Source: Octopus vulgaris (lineage: Eukaryota). Taken from it: a stretch of DNA of 64,000 nt. Below, in pieces: positions 38,589 to 52,574 of this stretch. The position numbers were made by a program, and so were the translations under genes. Location: contig OX597816.1 in the NCBI GenBank assembly GCA_951406725.2, positions 127,038,001 to 127,102,000 on the forward strand, given 5' to 3'. The notes under the pieces were generated by a model, which was not told where the DNA came from, made no database searches, and saw nothing but the letters and a program-made list of their open reading frames with translations. Each line of letters opens with the position of its first letter. The first letter of the stretch is position 1.

Positions 38589-39314
38589 AATATCCCTTTT
38601 GATATTAATATCTATATACTTAAGAAATTATTCACCTTCATTAAATAGTAAACATTTTATTTCATTATTACAAATCATGCACCCGAAAGATGTATTATTT
38701 GCCACCCTAGAATTAGATACAAGATAATTATTGTCATAAAACACTGACACCCCTGGTATAATATTCAACTTTTCACCTTGAAGTTTATGGATAATCAGTG
38801 TTATTATTCATACCTCAAAGCAGTCAATTTAGTAATAACAAAATAGTTAATAACTACTTAAACTTAGATTGCTGAGTGCATTATATAATAGTAATAACTA
38901 AATGTTGTTATTATTATTATTATTATTATTATTAGCATTATTATCATCATCATTGTGTTGTTGTTATTGTTTAATAGATTTCATTATATAACTTTTACGT
39001 TCATTATTTATCTTACAGAATTATAAAAAAATCATTATTTTACTCAGTTTGATCAAAATACCTCCCAAGATAAAGATTTTTTCATTCATTTATGTTGTAT
39101 TTATTCAAGTTAATTTAGCTTCCATACCAACCAAACCTCTGTGCATAAATATTTTCTTTTTAATTTATGATGCCACAGAAGATAATTGAAAAAAAAAATT
39201 AATGGAAGCTATCACTTGAAAATTCTGACAGGCTTTTCTTTTCCTGTATTTTGTCAAAAGATAAGCCCTGATTTGTAGCTAGAATTGTTGGAGTAACTCA
39301 ATTCATCACCTTTT

Positions 39315-39680
39315 TCATCATCATTATCATCTAACATCTGGTTTCCATGCTAGCACGGGTTGGATGCTTTGACATAGAGCTGTCTGTATTCCAACTGTCT
39401 GTTGTGGCATGGATTCTATTGTTTGATGCCCTTCCTAACACCAACCACTGAACAGAGTTCTGGGTGCTTTTTACATGTCACCATTACGAGTGATTTTGCA
39501 GCAGTGGCACAGGTGCATCAATGCAGCACCAGCAGCATGAGTACTTTTTAAGTGGCACTGGCACTTGAAATGACAAACCTCTATGTGTGGAAGACAGCGA
39601 TTTTATTTAGCATGACATGACTTATCAAGTCCAGCAAATCTCCACATCACCCAGTCCCTTGTTGTTTCCTCAGTGAAGTG
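39315..39680 (-). mobile_element. RTE-type 3' tail repeat
   Basis: CATCAT...TTTCCATGCTAGCACGGGTTGGA...GATGCCCTTCCTAACACCAACCAC. Confidence 0.7.
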
Positions 39681-40818
39681 TCAATCAAATGCTTTAAAAG
39701 TGTTATCAAAGACTTCACTCTAATATCTTAATGTTTCACTTAATTCTGGCTGGTTTTCACACTTTGAACTATATTTTTACAATTGTCGTACCATCATATT
39801 TTTCAAACATCAGGCAATATAATCTGAGGCTCAAAGCATACACTTTAGGTAATATTTGCCCCTTAAATTCAACAATTTATGCTACTCTCTAAAAGTTTCC
39901 ATTGTATCTCTTCAAATCTATATTGAACATTTTATTATAGAAGTATGCTGCATACATTTTCAGTTATTCCTTGGCAAATACATTTTAAATGCTACTATAC
40001 AAATAAGAGAAAATAATTTCAGATAATTTCACTAATATAGAACAAAAAAAAAATGATTTTCAATATTGAAGCGCAACCAGACAGCAAGTAGCAGATGCAA
40101 GCAGTGACCTATAATTTGAATATTTGAGTATTTTATGCTTTCTAAATGAGATATTTTGTAAAAATTTATGAAATGTCTAAGGATCAATATTTCTCTGTAA
40201 ATAATCTAATTCTTTGAAGCACCAGCTAGAATCATTTCAATGAAAAGCCCATGCAACATATCAATGATAAAAACTTTGAATAGTGAGATTTTTACTAAAT
40301 TTCACTACTAAGTTTTATTACTAAGATTATTTTCAATATAGTGGCACAACGTCTATATTTATTCCACTTTTTTCCCCTTATGGCAATGCCTTTTAGTATT
40401 TTATTCAAATGCAGCATTAAGTTGTTTTCAGAAATATAAATTTTAGTAATAATTTTTTAAAGAATCTTCTGACTTTAAATGCCATACTAGCTTATATTGG
40501 ATATTCATTCATCAGCTGTCTCCTAAGCTTCAGTTTAGTTTTTCTATATATTCATAAATATCTATGGCTTACTAGACTTTACAGGTCATTAAGTATCATT
40601 ATTGGTGTAGTTCTGGTAAATTTATTTTACAAATAATTATATTTATAAGTAAATATAATATTTTCATGAAAAAAAAGAATATTTCTATCACTAAACTTTC
40701 TTTACTAAACTATACTCCATACTAAAATTGGCTTCTTTATTGGCTCAGTGTTATGTGGCTAGCATAATATGTCTTAACCTTTTTAAAGCTTCATTGATAT
40801 ATATGTATAATAAGTGCT

Positions 40819-41218
40819 GGAGTGGCTGTGTGGTAAGTAGCTTGGTTACCAACCACATGGTTTCTGGTTCAGTCCCACTGCATGCCACCTTGGGCAAGTG
40901 TCTTCTACTATAGCCTCAGGCTGACCAAAGCTTTGTGAGTGGATTTGGTTGATGGGAACTGAAAGAAGCCCATTGTTGTATATATATATATGTGTGTGTG
41001 TGTGTATGTATATGTTTTTGTGTTTGTCCCCCTAACATCGCTTGACAACAGATGCTGGTGTGTTTATGTCCCCGTCACTTAGCAGTTCAGCAAGAGAGAC
41101 TGATAGAATAAGTACTAGGCTTACAAAGAATAAGTCCTGGGTCGATTTGCTCAACTAAAGGCGGTGCTCCAGCATGCCCACAGTCAAATAACTGAAACAA
41201 ATAAACGAATAAAAGAAT
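40819..41218 (+). mobile_element. SINE family A, full length
   Basis: GGAGTGGCTGTGTGGTAAG (A box), GGTTCAGTCCC (B box), CCTTGGGCAAGTG core, internal (TA)n(TG)n and an AATAAAAGAAT tail. Confidence 0.9.
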
Positions 41219-42311
41219 ATATATATATATACATACGCACTATGAGTTTGAATTGCATGCTGATACGTGTTACTATGAAATATGAGAACTTTTGACTGCT
41301 TTTCATTTTGAGAGCTAAGTTTTTTTCTAATAACATGACTTTAAAAAAATCTCAAAAACATTTATTGTAGAACATTCTACAAACTTCAAGGTTTTGAAGT
41401 AAATTTGTAAGTTGCATAAAAAATTATGGGAGTTTGTGATTGATTCACTTATGCTTCATTTCTTATTTAATAATAAACAACTCTTTCTTAATAAGAACAC
41501 CACATTTTTATTCCACATTAGGAAACAAAACATAAATCCATGCAATCTGTTGTAATATTTCTTCTTAGCTTCATCTGTTTTACCTCTTAATTTCTGTGTT
41601 TATTCTGAAACATGGCAATTTCATTTGTCACTAAATTTGTGAATTTTATTTGTCCATGTAGTATTATTCTAATCTTTTCTTATATTTACTAATTCATCTT
41701 CTTTCTGTAACCATATCTCATCTCATTTTTATTATATCCTTTATTGCAATGGTTTCTTATTAACCTCACTTCAACAGCACAAACATTCATCTTGTATCTA
41801 TTATCTACTTAAGTTCACCTTTATCCAATTCAAATAGACCAATTATGGCGATAAAAGTACAAAATATTTACTTCATAACTGAAGTAAGATTTGAATGATC
41901 AATATAATATATTCTGATATTTAGATGCAATCTGCTTAACGTAGATAAAGATTTAGAAGATATATATTTATTTTTGTTTTAGCTCTGTAGCTCCAATTAT
42001 ATTCATGAAATAAAAACTTAGCCTAGTGAAGTGTCTATATTTACTTTATTCCAATAATTATTAATTTATTTGCTTCCATCAAATGAATTCTAGGCATATA
42101 TTTATATTAATATTTTTTCTGATTCCAGATAGTATTTGACCTTCAATTATCTCTTAGTTATTGATTTGTTATCAGATTAAAATGGAGATGGCAAATATAA
42201 GAGATACAGTGTTTATAGGCTCAGTATTCACTTTGAAATAAAGCTAAGGGGAAAAATATAATCATTAAATATACAGGTTATTTCCCTATTCCACTCATAT
42301 TTTGTTTCCAG

Positions 42312-42525
42312 TATTTGTGTTTGTCTAACACCACAGCTTGAAAACCAGTGGCAGTTTGTTTGCATTTCTATCACTTAGCAGTTCAGTATAAAAGACTGTT
42401 AAATAGGTACCAGGCTTTAGAAAATATAAGTACTGGTGTTAATTCACTTGACTAAAATGCTTCAAGGCAGTGCCCCAGCATGGCCGCAGTCTAATAACTG
42501 AAACAAGTAAAAGATAAAAGATAAC
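42312..42525 (+). mobile_element. SINE family A, 3' half
   Basis: GGCAGTGCCCCAGCATGGCCGCAGTCTAATAACTGAAACAAGTAAAAGATAAAAGATAA. Confidence 0.75.
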
Positions 42526-43793
42526 CTCTCTTAGACACACACTCACATGTCTTTTTATCAAAGTTACACACAAGTTCATATTATTCCAGACAGATTTCTC
42601 TTGTTTAACAGTTTCCTTTTCAATGTGCTTTCATTATAAACTACAACAGTTAAAGTGATATGCTATGGGGGAGGTTAATGTTAATTTGGATCACCTAACC
42701 AGAGTCTAGAAGTCCCCATAGTTGTTGTTTTGAAGATCATAAAACATACAGTACAATCAGATGTGTCAAAGCATTCAGAAAACCATATAACTATTTCAGT
42801 CCTAGTCCTTTTATTTAGTTTCCTACAAGTTTTGATGTCTCAATATATGACTTCTGAAACTCTTTGCTATAATTACATTCTTATCATCAATCATTTAGGA
42901 GGTTTGCAATGTAATCTTGCAAATTCATCCATCTTCTCATCTATACACAATGTGTATGCTGAAACTGCTTTAATTACCATACTATCAACCAATAACGTAA
43001 TTAGTATTATTCTATCATTCAATCTGATGACAATATTTATATCCATTTTCAGCTAAAAGTATATTCCTTTTCATCAATTACATATCAATTAGCTATCTAT
43101 AAGAACTGAAAACCATACATCTCCATATCACTGCTTGCACACAGCATAAATTTAATTGCTTCTATACCAGCATCATTATGTTCTTAATCATCGTTGCTTA
43201 ATTACATTTTAGGCTTTAATATCAAAATGGTTTACAATAACAAAAACGATTAATTACTTCAGGTTTTTATATTTTACTTACATTTCTGTACTGCAACATA
43301 TATTTCTGTATCCTAGTGTGACAATGAAAGTAAATGCATGAGAAAGTGAAATACATTCCTTATACATGTAACATACAATTATTCATTGACTGGAAAAGCA
43401 ATCCTTTTTTTCTTATTGTATAATAAAGTCTAACCTCTTTCCATGCACTGCTGTTTGTAAGCAACATTCTATTTCTAGCTTCAACAAAATAACAAACATT
43501 GTCTACTACTACAGTTGCAACCAACAGTTTCCATCTCATCTTAAGTACTCTATAATTTCTAGCAGTGTACTGATGCTATGTAGCTGAAATCTATGATGCT
43601 AGGCTTTCACTTTTATAACATTAAACTTAACATATTGTATGTGTTGGTTCACTGTCAAATTCTACTTGTTAACATTCAATTTTCTTACAATGCCGTAGCA
43701 CATGTTTTGTCTGTGTAGTTATCAGCTATTGTATAATCATTTCAAAGACATTGGGAAATATGGTTCTCCTCTTACTGTTAGCTACATCTAAAA

Positions 43794-44790
43794 ATCATCA
43801 TCATCATTTAACATCCATCGTCCATGCTGCCATCGGTTGGCTGGTTTGATAGAATCTAATGAGCTGGAGGACTACATCAAGCTCCAATGTCTGATTTGGT
43901 ATGGTTTCTTATAGTTTTGTGATGTCAACCACTTTATAGAGTGTACTGAATACATTTCCTTTTCATGACACCAGACAAGTAAGATTACCAAGTAACAGAA
44001 GACAAAGAAAAAGACCCCTCAATTGAGTGGTAATGTAGCAGAAAGAGAAGTGGCTTTATGCCAGCTAATGAGAGAGTAAATGTATGACAGAGGAACAGAT
44101 TCTTGCTATAGAGGTGATACATCGCTCTCCACATTGTATAAGGATGGTTGGGAGTAACTAAAGGAAGACAAAGATGGTAGTGACAAGTGTTAGCACATAC
44201 TCTCAAGGTATTGGAAGATGATTATAAGAAAGAATATGAAAAGAAGCACAAGAATGGTAGGTAAGTTGATAAGAGCAAAAGAAAAGAAGAGTGATACATG
44301 ATTAGGGATGGGGGTAGAGGTGAATGAATTGAATGATGAACAAGGATGGAAGCATGGTCGATGGTAAAAAAAACATTATGGTGGGGGAGGGTAAAAGATG
44401 TAGGAGTGGCTCAAGAAAGAGGAGGTAATAAATGGCAGTTCAGGAAAGGTGGAAGGGCAACAGTATAATAAGACTGCAAGTAGATCACAAAATAAGGGGA
44501 AGAAGTGAAAGAGGAAGATTGGAGGAAAGATAGATGTATGGTGACAGAAATGGAGGTCAGAAGGCCTTAGGGGTGGTAAATTTGACTATAGCAAGTAGGG
44601 GGGAAAGCTTGGGTGTTGTTGATGGCAGATATGAGAGGCAATGAAAATGATAACAGATATGAGAGGGTCTTAAAGATAAGGTATGGTAGTCCTAAGATGT
44701 AGCTAAAGGAAAAGGGAGAGACAATGGAGGCACATAACAGAGTGATTAATGGAAAATAAAATGAGTATAAATGGTATTGAGAATGTGGGA
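43794..44790 (-). mobile_element. Old LINE remnant: RTE-type tail plus purine-skewed body
   Basis: CATCATCATTTAACATCC...CCATGCTG terminus. Body homologous to 13430-13540 and 49795-49915. Confidence 0.5.
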
Positions 44791-44878
44791 TGGATCTCAC
44801 TGGGTTTCTTTCCATGATACTTAACATCCAAGTACCAATCTTAAAATCCTCACTGTCCCCAATAAAGCAGTTTCTATA

Positions 44879-44955
44879 TTCTTCTTCTTCTTCTTCTTCT
44901 TCTTCTTCTTCTTCTTCTTCTTCTTCTTCTTCTTCTTCTTCTTCTTCTTCTTCTT

Positions 44956-45027
<72 letters not shown>
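44879..45027. repeat. (TTC)n followed by (TTA)n at the 3' end of the Dong element
   Basis: Perfect trinucleotide runs. Confidence 0.95.
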
Positions 45028-45030
<3 letters not shown>

Positions 45031-46815
45031 TAGTTTTATTTTTATAGCGTGCTTTCACTTCACTACCGAGCGCAGCTCTGTGTGCCTTGGGTATGTGCTG
45101 TGATTTGTTGTGATGCTCTGATGGTTATTGTATGGAAAGTGTTCTGCGTAGGATGTGTGCAGTGCCTAGTAGTGCAATTTTCTGTATGTTATATGTGTTT
45201 GTAAGTCCTGGTGTTTTTGTTATGTATTTGTCTGAATATTTTTTTATCATGCCTAATGCACCTACTATGATAGGAATTGTTTCTGTTTTCAGATACCACA
45301 TTCTAGTTACCTCTATTTCCAGGTCTTTGTATTTTGAGAGTTTCTCCATTTCTTTTAGAGACACGTTGTCATCTGCCGGTATTGATACATCAATTAGAAA
45401 GCATTTTTTTCTTCATGATCTCTGACAACTATATCTGGTCTGTTGGCCTTAATTTCTCTATCTGTGTGTATCGGCATATCCCAGATTATGGTTGCTTTCT
45501 CGTTTTCTGTGACCTTTTCTGGTGTGTGCCTATGCCATCTTTTTTCTGTTGTTATTCCATAATGTTGGCATAGCTTCCAATGTATGTAGGTTCCAACTCT
45601 GTCATGTCTGTGAATATATTCCTTCTTAGCCAGGACTGGGCAGCTAGAGATAATATGATTTATTGTTTCTTGTCCATCTCCACATATTCTGCAGTTACTT
45701 GTAATATTTCTTTTCATTACATGTTTTTGGTAATTTCTGGTGGGGAGGCTTTGGTCTTGTGCTGCAATTAAAAATCCCTCTGTTTCTGCTTTGAGTCCTG
45801 AGCTCCTCAACCATTGCTGGGATTTTTCTTTGTCTATTTCTTTTGCGTTTAGTTTAGTGCAGTATTTACCATGAAGGGGCTTTTCTTGCCATCGTTTTAT
45901 CTTGGTTCGTTGCTGTTCTATTTTTAGTTTGGATTTCATTTGTTTTATAGCTTTTGTTGTTTCTTCATCATCTTCTTCTTCTTCGTGTTTATTAGGTGGT
46001 ATGATTTCTTGTTTGTATTTGTCAGCTTCCTTAAATACTGAGAACAGTTTTTTGTTTTGCTCGAGTTTTGCTGCTATCTGGATCAGTTTTCCTTCCTTCT
46101 GAAGTAGGTATTTTTGCAGTCCTATGGTGGTTATTTTATAGTAGTTTTCCAGCTGTATAAGGCCTCTACCACCTTCTATACGTTGTATATATAGTCTTTC
46201 TATGTCAGATTTTGGGTGATGCATCCTAGATCCTGTCAGTATTTTTCTTGTTTTCCTATCTATTTTGGACAGTTCATTTCGTGTCCAGTTAAGGATATTG
46301 TAGCTGTAACTTATAACTGGGACAGCTAAAGTGTTGATACCTATTATCTTGTTTTTAGCATTGAGCTCTGTTTTTAGTATTGATCTAACTCGTCTATAAT
46401 ATTCTATTTTTATTTTCTCTTTCATTTGTGTGTGTTGTGTCTTATCTAGTTCATGGATTCCTAAGTATTTGTAAGTTTGGCTTTGGTCTAATTCTTTTAT
46501 TTCATTGGTTTTATCTAGTGTGATGTTGTTACTCTTAACTAGTTTTCCTCTTTTCATGGTTACTTTGGCGCATTTTTCTAATCCAAATTTCATATCTATT
46601 TCTTTGGTAAATCCATGAACTGTCTTTAATAGTGTTTCCAGCTGTTTGTCATTTGCAGCGTATAGTTTTAGGTCATCCATATATAAAAGGTGGCTGATCG
46701 TTTTGCCGTAACATTTATATTCACATCCAGTTCTATTTAGCATATCAGATAGAGGTGACAGTGCCAAGCAGAAAAGGAGTGGAGAGAGCGTGTCTCCCTG
46801 GAATATTCCTCTTCT
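45028..46815 (-). mobile_element. Young 5'-truncated R4/Dong-clade non-LTR retrotransposon (RT, CCHC finger, restriction-like endonuclease)
   Basis: RRGIFQGDTLSPLLFC, HLLYMDDLKL, YKYLG, CRICG...HIISSC, RHD, RPDIVV...DVSIP, EKLSKY. Flanked on both sides by (TAA)n, the known Dong target. Confidence 0.95.
45125..46815 (-). pseudogene. RT-RLE ORF, 5'-truncated, with a single frameshift in an A-run near 45404-45410
   Basis: Adding one A joins the 457-aa and 79-aa ORFs as ...RDHEEKKCFLIDVSIPADDNVSLKEMEKLSKYKDL... Confidence 0.9.
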
Positions 46816-46820
46816 ATTAT

Positions 46821-46910
<90 letters not shown>

Positions 46911-46917
46911 TATTATT
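46816..46917. repeat. (TTA/TAA)n microsatellite at the 5' junction of the Dong element
   Basis: Direct inspection. Confidence 0.95.
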
Positions 46918-48609
46918 GAGTCAAGTAGGGTGCCTAAATTTCTTCTTAGATTCAACCATTGCATTTTTCTCTATTATCAATGTATTTAATATAGGTTACA
47001 AACTCTCATACTTGATAATTTTTTTCTAAAATATTAAACTCTGTTACTTTCATACACTCTGATTGCAAACAATATACTTTTAGGCTTTAAAAATATAAAC
47101 AACCCATAGAGCAGAAAACATGCAAATCTTTCATATTTACTGAGGGCTTTTTACTAACTGGGGATTGGATGCACTTTTTTGATAAGCATTGGTTAAAAGA
47201 TGAATGTTTGAAACAAAATGCTTTTAAGGCAACATTCCCATCAGGTCTTGACTGAGATAATTAGAATTAAGGATACTCTCCAAATACACAAGAAAATGTC
47301 TAGAAGACCATTAAGACGACAGGGCAATACAGTATTCACTTAGTAATTTTGCTTTCACCTTCTCCAATTAACGTAGCATATGAATGTGTATGATAGTACT
47401 GGTTACATAATACTAAAATGTTTCTTCATTTTATTATCAAAGAAATCAATATACCTGAGACTGACAGAAATCTATTTCCAGCAAATTGTTTACTTTTAAT
47501 GCTTGACTCTAGACCCCTTCAGATAAATTACTATCCCATATATTGACATATTGACAAAGTATTTAGCGAAGTGTAATGTTTGAGACTTCTGAATTAAAAA
47601 AAAATGTTCCTACACTTGCATACTAACTTCTAATTTTAAGTCTTTCATTGCACATCTAATGTCATCTGAAAATATTATTCAACATTTAACTGGTTCTAAT
47701 CAATAATTTGCCAATTATAAATATATTTGTATATAAAGGTATGTTATTCACTTTTATCCTAAGATATTTATGCAATTTGCTACTAAAGTATGTACAGAGC
47801 TTACATAGGTTTGTTTCACCACATTCTCAGATTATGTCAGTTAGAAATAAATCTGTTTGTGTGCATGCATACATTATGACTCTATTTAACTAAAACTTAT
47901 ATTTAAAACCTTTTGTAGGAAAATATTTACAAATGACATTGAATAACTTTTGAAATATTCTCAGTTTTTTTTATTATAACCTCAAATTATAGGAATTGAT
48001 TGCAAAGAATTTTGATACAGGGTTGGTTCTTTCTCGAGAAAGATCTACAAGATTTTATAAATAACAACCCTTATGAACGTAGCATAAAAATTACAAGAGA
48101 AGTTTACAATGTTTCTACACTTAGCAATACAGAGATGATTTTGATGATGAACTGTAAGGTAGAAGATAGTGCCTCTCATCCTCCCAGTAACTCTCATTCT
48201 TACTGCAGCCCTTAATGATTAACATCTTTTAGGGGTAAGAACATACCCTACTATGATATTAGGCTTCTCATTTATTCCCTAATGTATTTTTTCTTTGGAT
48301 GTTTTTATGCGTACATATTTAGTGCACTGTGTATGATTAGAAATTGTTATTTTCGTGCTTAAAAATTGTGTTATTTATTTTGTTATTGCTGCTGTAAAAA
48401 TCTATCAGAATGCATCACACTTTATAACATGAAAATCAATGGGAAAATTAATTTTATGTTACATGATTTCACATTACTGCAAGATTTTCAAGAGTGCATT
48501 ACTTCCATAATGCGAAATATCCATGCATATATATATTTCTAATTACATTACATGCCACAGATGCCTCAATCTTTTACATCTAAATATACTTTACTCTTTA
48601 ATATGCTCT

Positions 48610-48818
48610 TTATATATGTATATGGGTATACTTATATGTGTGTGTGTGTGTATACATGTATGCATGTATATGTGTATATATATACATATATGTATGTATG
48701 TATATATATATATATATATACATGTATGTATAGATATACACATGCATGTATGTATGCATAGATATATATTTGTATATATATGTATACATATCAGGTACAT
48801 ATATATGTATAAATGTAT

Positions 48819-48851
<33 letters not shown>

Positions 48852-49300
48852 CACATGTGTTCGTGTAAACGTATATATATATGTATATATATATATATGT
48901 GTGTATATATATATATACACACACACATTTATGTATATCATCATCATCATTGTTTAGCGTCTGCTTTCCATGCTAGCATGGGCTGGACGGTTCAGTTGGG
49001 GTCTGGGAAGCCAGAAGGCTGCACCAGGCCCAGTTTGATCTGGCAATGTTTCTACAGCTGGATGCCCTTCCTAACGCCAACCACTCCATGAGTGTTGTGG
49101 GTGCTTTTTACGTGCCAGACTCGTCTGGCAAATTGCCACGATCAGATGGTGCTTTTTATGTGCCACCGGCATGGCGGCCAGGCGAGGCTGGCATGTATAT
49201 ATGTATATATATGATATATGTAAGTGTATATATGTATATGTGTATATATATAAATGTATGTATATTTATATATGCATATATATATATATTTCTGTATGTT
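48610..49300. repeat. AT/GT low-complexity tract interrupted by an RTE-type tail
   Basis: Imperfect (TA)n/(TG)n/(TATG)n. Source of many spurious YI/CV-rich ORFs. Confidence 0.9.
48937..49194 (-). mobile_element. RTE-type 3' tail repeat (young)
   Basis: Near-identical to 59994-60180 (GATGCCCTTCCTAACGCCAACCACTCC). ATGTATAT on both sides. Confidence 0.85.
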
Positions 49301-49540
49301 TGTATGTGTTTGTCTTTGTGTCTGTGTTTGTCCCCCTACCACCACTTAACAATCAGTGTTGGTGTGTTTACGTCCCCCGTAACTTAGCAGTTTGCCAAAA
49401 GAGACCAATAAAGGAAGTACTAGACTTAAAAAATTAACAAGTCCTAAGATCAGTTTGTTCAGCTAAAACCCTTGAAGGCAGTGCTCCAGCATGGCCACGG
49501 CCAAAATGGCTGAAACAAGTAAAAAGTAAAAGATAAAGAT
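49300..49540 (+). mobile_element. SINE family A, 3' half
   Basis: TGTTTACGTCCCCCGTAACTTAGCAG...GTGCTCCAGCATGGCC...GAAACAAGTAAAAAGT. Confidence 0.8.
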
Positions 49541-49555
49541 ATATATATAAACATC

Positions 49556-50590
49556 GCTATCATTTCATATTTGCTTTCCATGCTGGCATGGGTTGAACAT
49601 GTTAACAGGTAATCAATGAGCTGCAGTGTCATGTCAAGCTCCAATGCTATCTTTGGCATGGTGTCTACAGCTGAATGCCCTTTCTAATGCCGACGACTTT
49701 ACGGAGTGTACTGGGTGCCTGTTTTGTGCCCCAGCACTAGTGAGGTTGTCATGTGCCTTCCAAAACAGAAATGAAAAAGGAAAGAAGAAAGCTCCCTCTC
49801 ATAAAAGGAAGTGTTTGGATAGGTTGAAGGTGGATGGCTTTATGCTAGTTTTAAAGGCTAAAGTATGTTAGAGGGACAAGATAGGTGTCCTGCTAAAGAG
49901 AGAAATGCATGGCTGAAGGAGATAAAAGGAATGCAGTGATGTGTTGGTACATCAAACTCTCCAGGAACAAGAAGGTGTGTATAAAAGAAGATGCAAGCAA
50001 TGAGTCATGGGAGGGGATGGGAGTGGATGCTTTCATAAGAGTGTGATGTGGATGTAAACAGGTGGATGTAGAGTTTAATGTAGTGAGTGATGAACAAATG
50101 TAGGGGTGTGGATGATGGGAAATGCTAGTATGGAGGGGTGGGAGATAAAAGAGTGGCTCAGGAAGGAGAATAGAACAGAAAGTTGTGGAATGATGTGCAA
50201 GAAGCAGGAGTAGTACAAAGGGCGATATAGAGATACATAAGAAGCTATAGTAAGTGGGTCATAGTGGTAGAAATGGAAGGGCATTGAGAATGATAGCAGA
50301 TAAGAGAAGTATTTAGAACAGAGTATAGTACAAAAGACAGAGAGAGAGAGCAATAGTTGAAGGCACAAAAAGGATGTCATTGGTAGAAATAGTGTGGGAA
50401 GGAATAATGAGGAATAGAAGCTGTTGTGGAGGTGGGAGAAACTGTTAGTGAAGGGATGGGATATAATATGTGCGAATTCTGCTCTCAGATGAATACAATA
50501 ATTGAGTAGTGCCATAGATGGAGGAAGGATGAGTATGGGATAGAAAATGCACGTTAAATAGATGGGAGAGAGGAGGGAGAACTGGGCCTC
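49556..50590 (-). mobile_element. Old LINE remnant: RTE-type tail plus purine-skewed body
   Basis: TTTCCATGCTGGCATGGGTTG...GCTGAATGCCCTTTCTAATGCC, then ~750 bp of G/A-rich sequence. Confidence 0.5.
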
Positions 50591-52085
50591 ATACATACAA
50601 GCTGAGTAGTTTTAGAATAGAATTTTTGCTGTCATGATGTCAGCATTTTGATACATAACATGAATCATCATGGTGCAGGTAACTGTTTTCCAATATTCAC
50701 ATGCCTTCCAGTTCCCTATGTTAACTAACTTCTTCTCAACTGCAACTTTAATCTATATACTCTCCAGTGCCATTCACTGTACACCAATACATATGTATGT
50801 GTGTGTGTGTGTGTACACACATGCGTGTGCATATGTATGAATGCTGATATCTGAAGGTGATATTTGAGTGCTATTGACATTCTTTGTTGATCTAATGACT
50901 TGTCATCTGCACTTCCAAATATGTGTGGAATAAGAAATCTCTTACTTGAAAAATTGTTATTTGTAACAGTGAGAGTATATATATCAATAAAATCTCCCCC
51001 CAAATATGTCACTGTCCAACTTTGATTAGCTCAGAAATAAAGGACATTAAACAAATGAATAAATTCCCTTTGTTCATTTCTTGAAACTAAATTGCATATA
51101 ATAATGTGAGAAATCAAACAAATCCCAAGTTATGTTTCAACTGTTAATTGTTATTGTACAGGAAAAAAAAATGTAAATATACTGTTTCATGTTTTCTCAG
51201 ATATTCAGCATATTCTAAATATTTGAAGTGAATGAAAACTTGTTCATCATAAAGTGGAATAAATTTTCAAGAAGAAATGTAGCATACATTTCCAGATCAA
51301 AATATGCATTACATTATGAGTGCATATTTTCCTCTTATACAATTTACATAAAACAAAACTTCACTATAGTATTATAATTAAAAACAAATATACGAAAACC
51401 ATAAAAAAAATAACTGATTCTAACATGGTAGATGGCAATATTTTTAGCCTTTTCCCATCTCAGTACACTAGCAAAAGATTACTCAACAATCCATCAAAAT
51501 TTACTGCTGTATTGAACTGCATCTTTATATTGATATGCTATTGATATACAGTTTTGCCCATGAGTATGCAAGTGTTTAATCATGAAAAAATGTGATCAGA
51601 AGTTTTTGAGATGGTATTTCTACAATAATGATTAATTCATGCATAGCTCAATCTTCAAGAGGAAATACAGATGAAAGGATACTCTTCAAAAAGGGCAATG
51701 AGGTGAGGTACAAATGGTTACACTTGAAAACGTTTAAAAGAAATGAAAATTTTTGAGTGGTATAGAATATTTTCTAATGATTAATCAATACTAATTTTCA
51801 AAGTAAAAGAATATGCCAACCTCACATCAAGATAAATTTTTATGTTATATTCTACTCCACACATTTCAGTTACTTCAGTATATTATGGTCTAATAATGGC
51901 TATGTTCATGAATTTGTTTATCTGAAATCAAAAATATACAAAACTGAAATTTCTTTTAAAGTGCCTATTTTTATATTTCAAATGATTATTTCTTTGAAAT
52001 AGTGATCTATGAAAGGATTTTATAGTTGAAGTATTGCACTTTCTTCACTAAACCTATCTTAGGCAAATTTATCTTTTATAATTGC

Positions 52086-52215
52086 ATATGGATGTGTAGT
52101 TAAAAAGTTTTCTGCCCAACCACACAGGTTTAGGTTCGTTCCCATTGCACAGCACCTAGGGCAAGTGTCTTTTCTTATAACCACAGGCTGGTAAAAGACT
52201 TATGAGTAGATATGA
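52086..52215 (+). mobile_element. SINE family A, 5' half
   Basis: GGATGTGTAGTTAAAAAG...GGTTCGTTCCCATTGCACAGCACCTAGGGCAAGTGTCTT. Confidence 0.65.
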
Positions 52216-52265
52216 AAAATGAAAAGGGAAAACAAGCTTGTCATATATATATATATATATATATA

Positions 52266-52574
52266 TGCCAGCACCGCCCCGTTTCGTGTCCGTTGCCAGC
52301 CTCGCCTGGCCCTTGTGCCGGTGGCACATAAAAAGCACCATCCGTTCGTGGCCGTTTGCCAGCTCTGTCTGGCACCTGTGCGGGTGGCACGTAAAAAGCA
52401 CCCACTACACTCATGGAGTGGTTGGCGTTAGGAAGGGCATCCAGCCGTAGAAACACTGCCAGATTTGACTGGGCCTGATGAAGCCTTCTGGCTTCACAGA
52501 CCCCAGTAGAACCGTCCAACCCATGCTAGCATGGAAAACGGACGCTAAACGACGATGATGATGATGATGATGAT
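52266..52574 (+). mobile_element. RTE-type 3' tail repeat (young)
   Basis: GGAGTGGTTGGCGTTAGGAAGGGCATCCAGC...CATGGAAAACGGACGCTAAACGAC(GAT)n. Confidence 0.85.

Noticed and set aside
40819-40890. tRNA gene
   Set aside because: The A and B boxes belong to SINE heads, there is no complete cloverleaf, and the sequence continues into the SINE body.
48523-49437. Many overlapping 60-144 aa ORFs (YI/CV/HT-rich)
   Set aside because: Translations of TA/TG microsatellites and repeat tails. The same applies to ORFs at 1694, 27587, 38479, 44790 and 46737-47029.
50075-50596. 173-aa ORF (and 26475-26795, 44567-44827)
   Set aside because: Result of purine/pyrimidine skew in old LINE remnants. No recognisable motifs.
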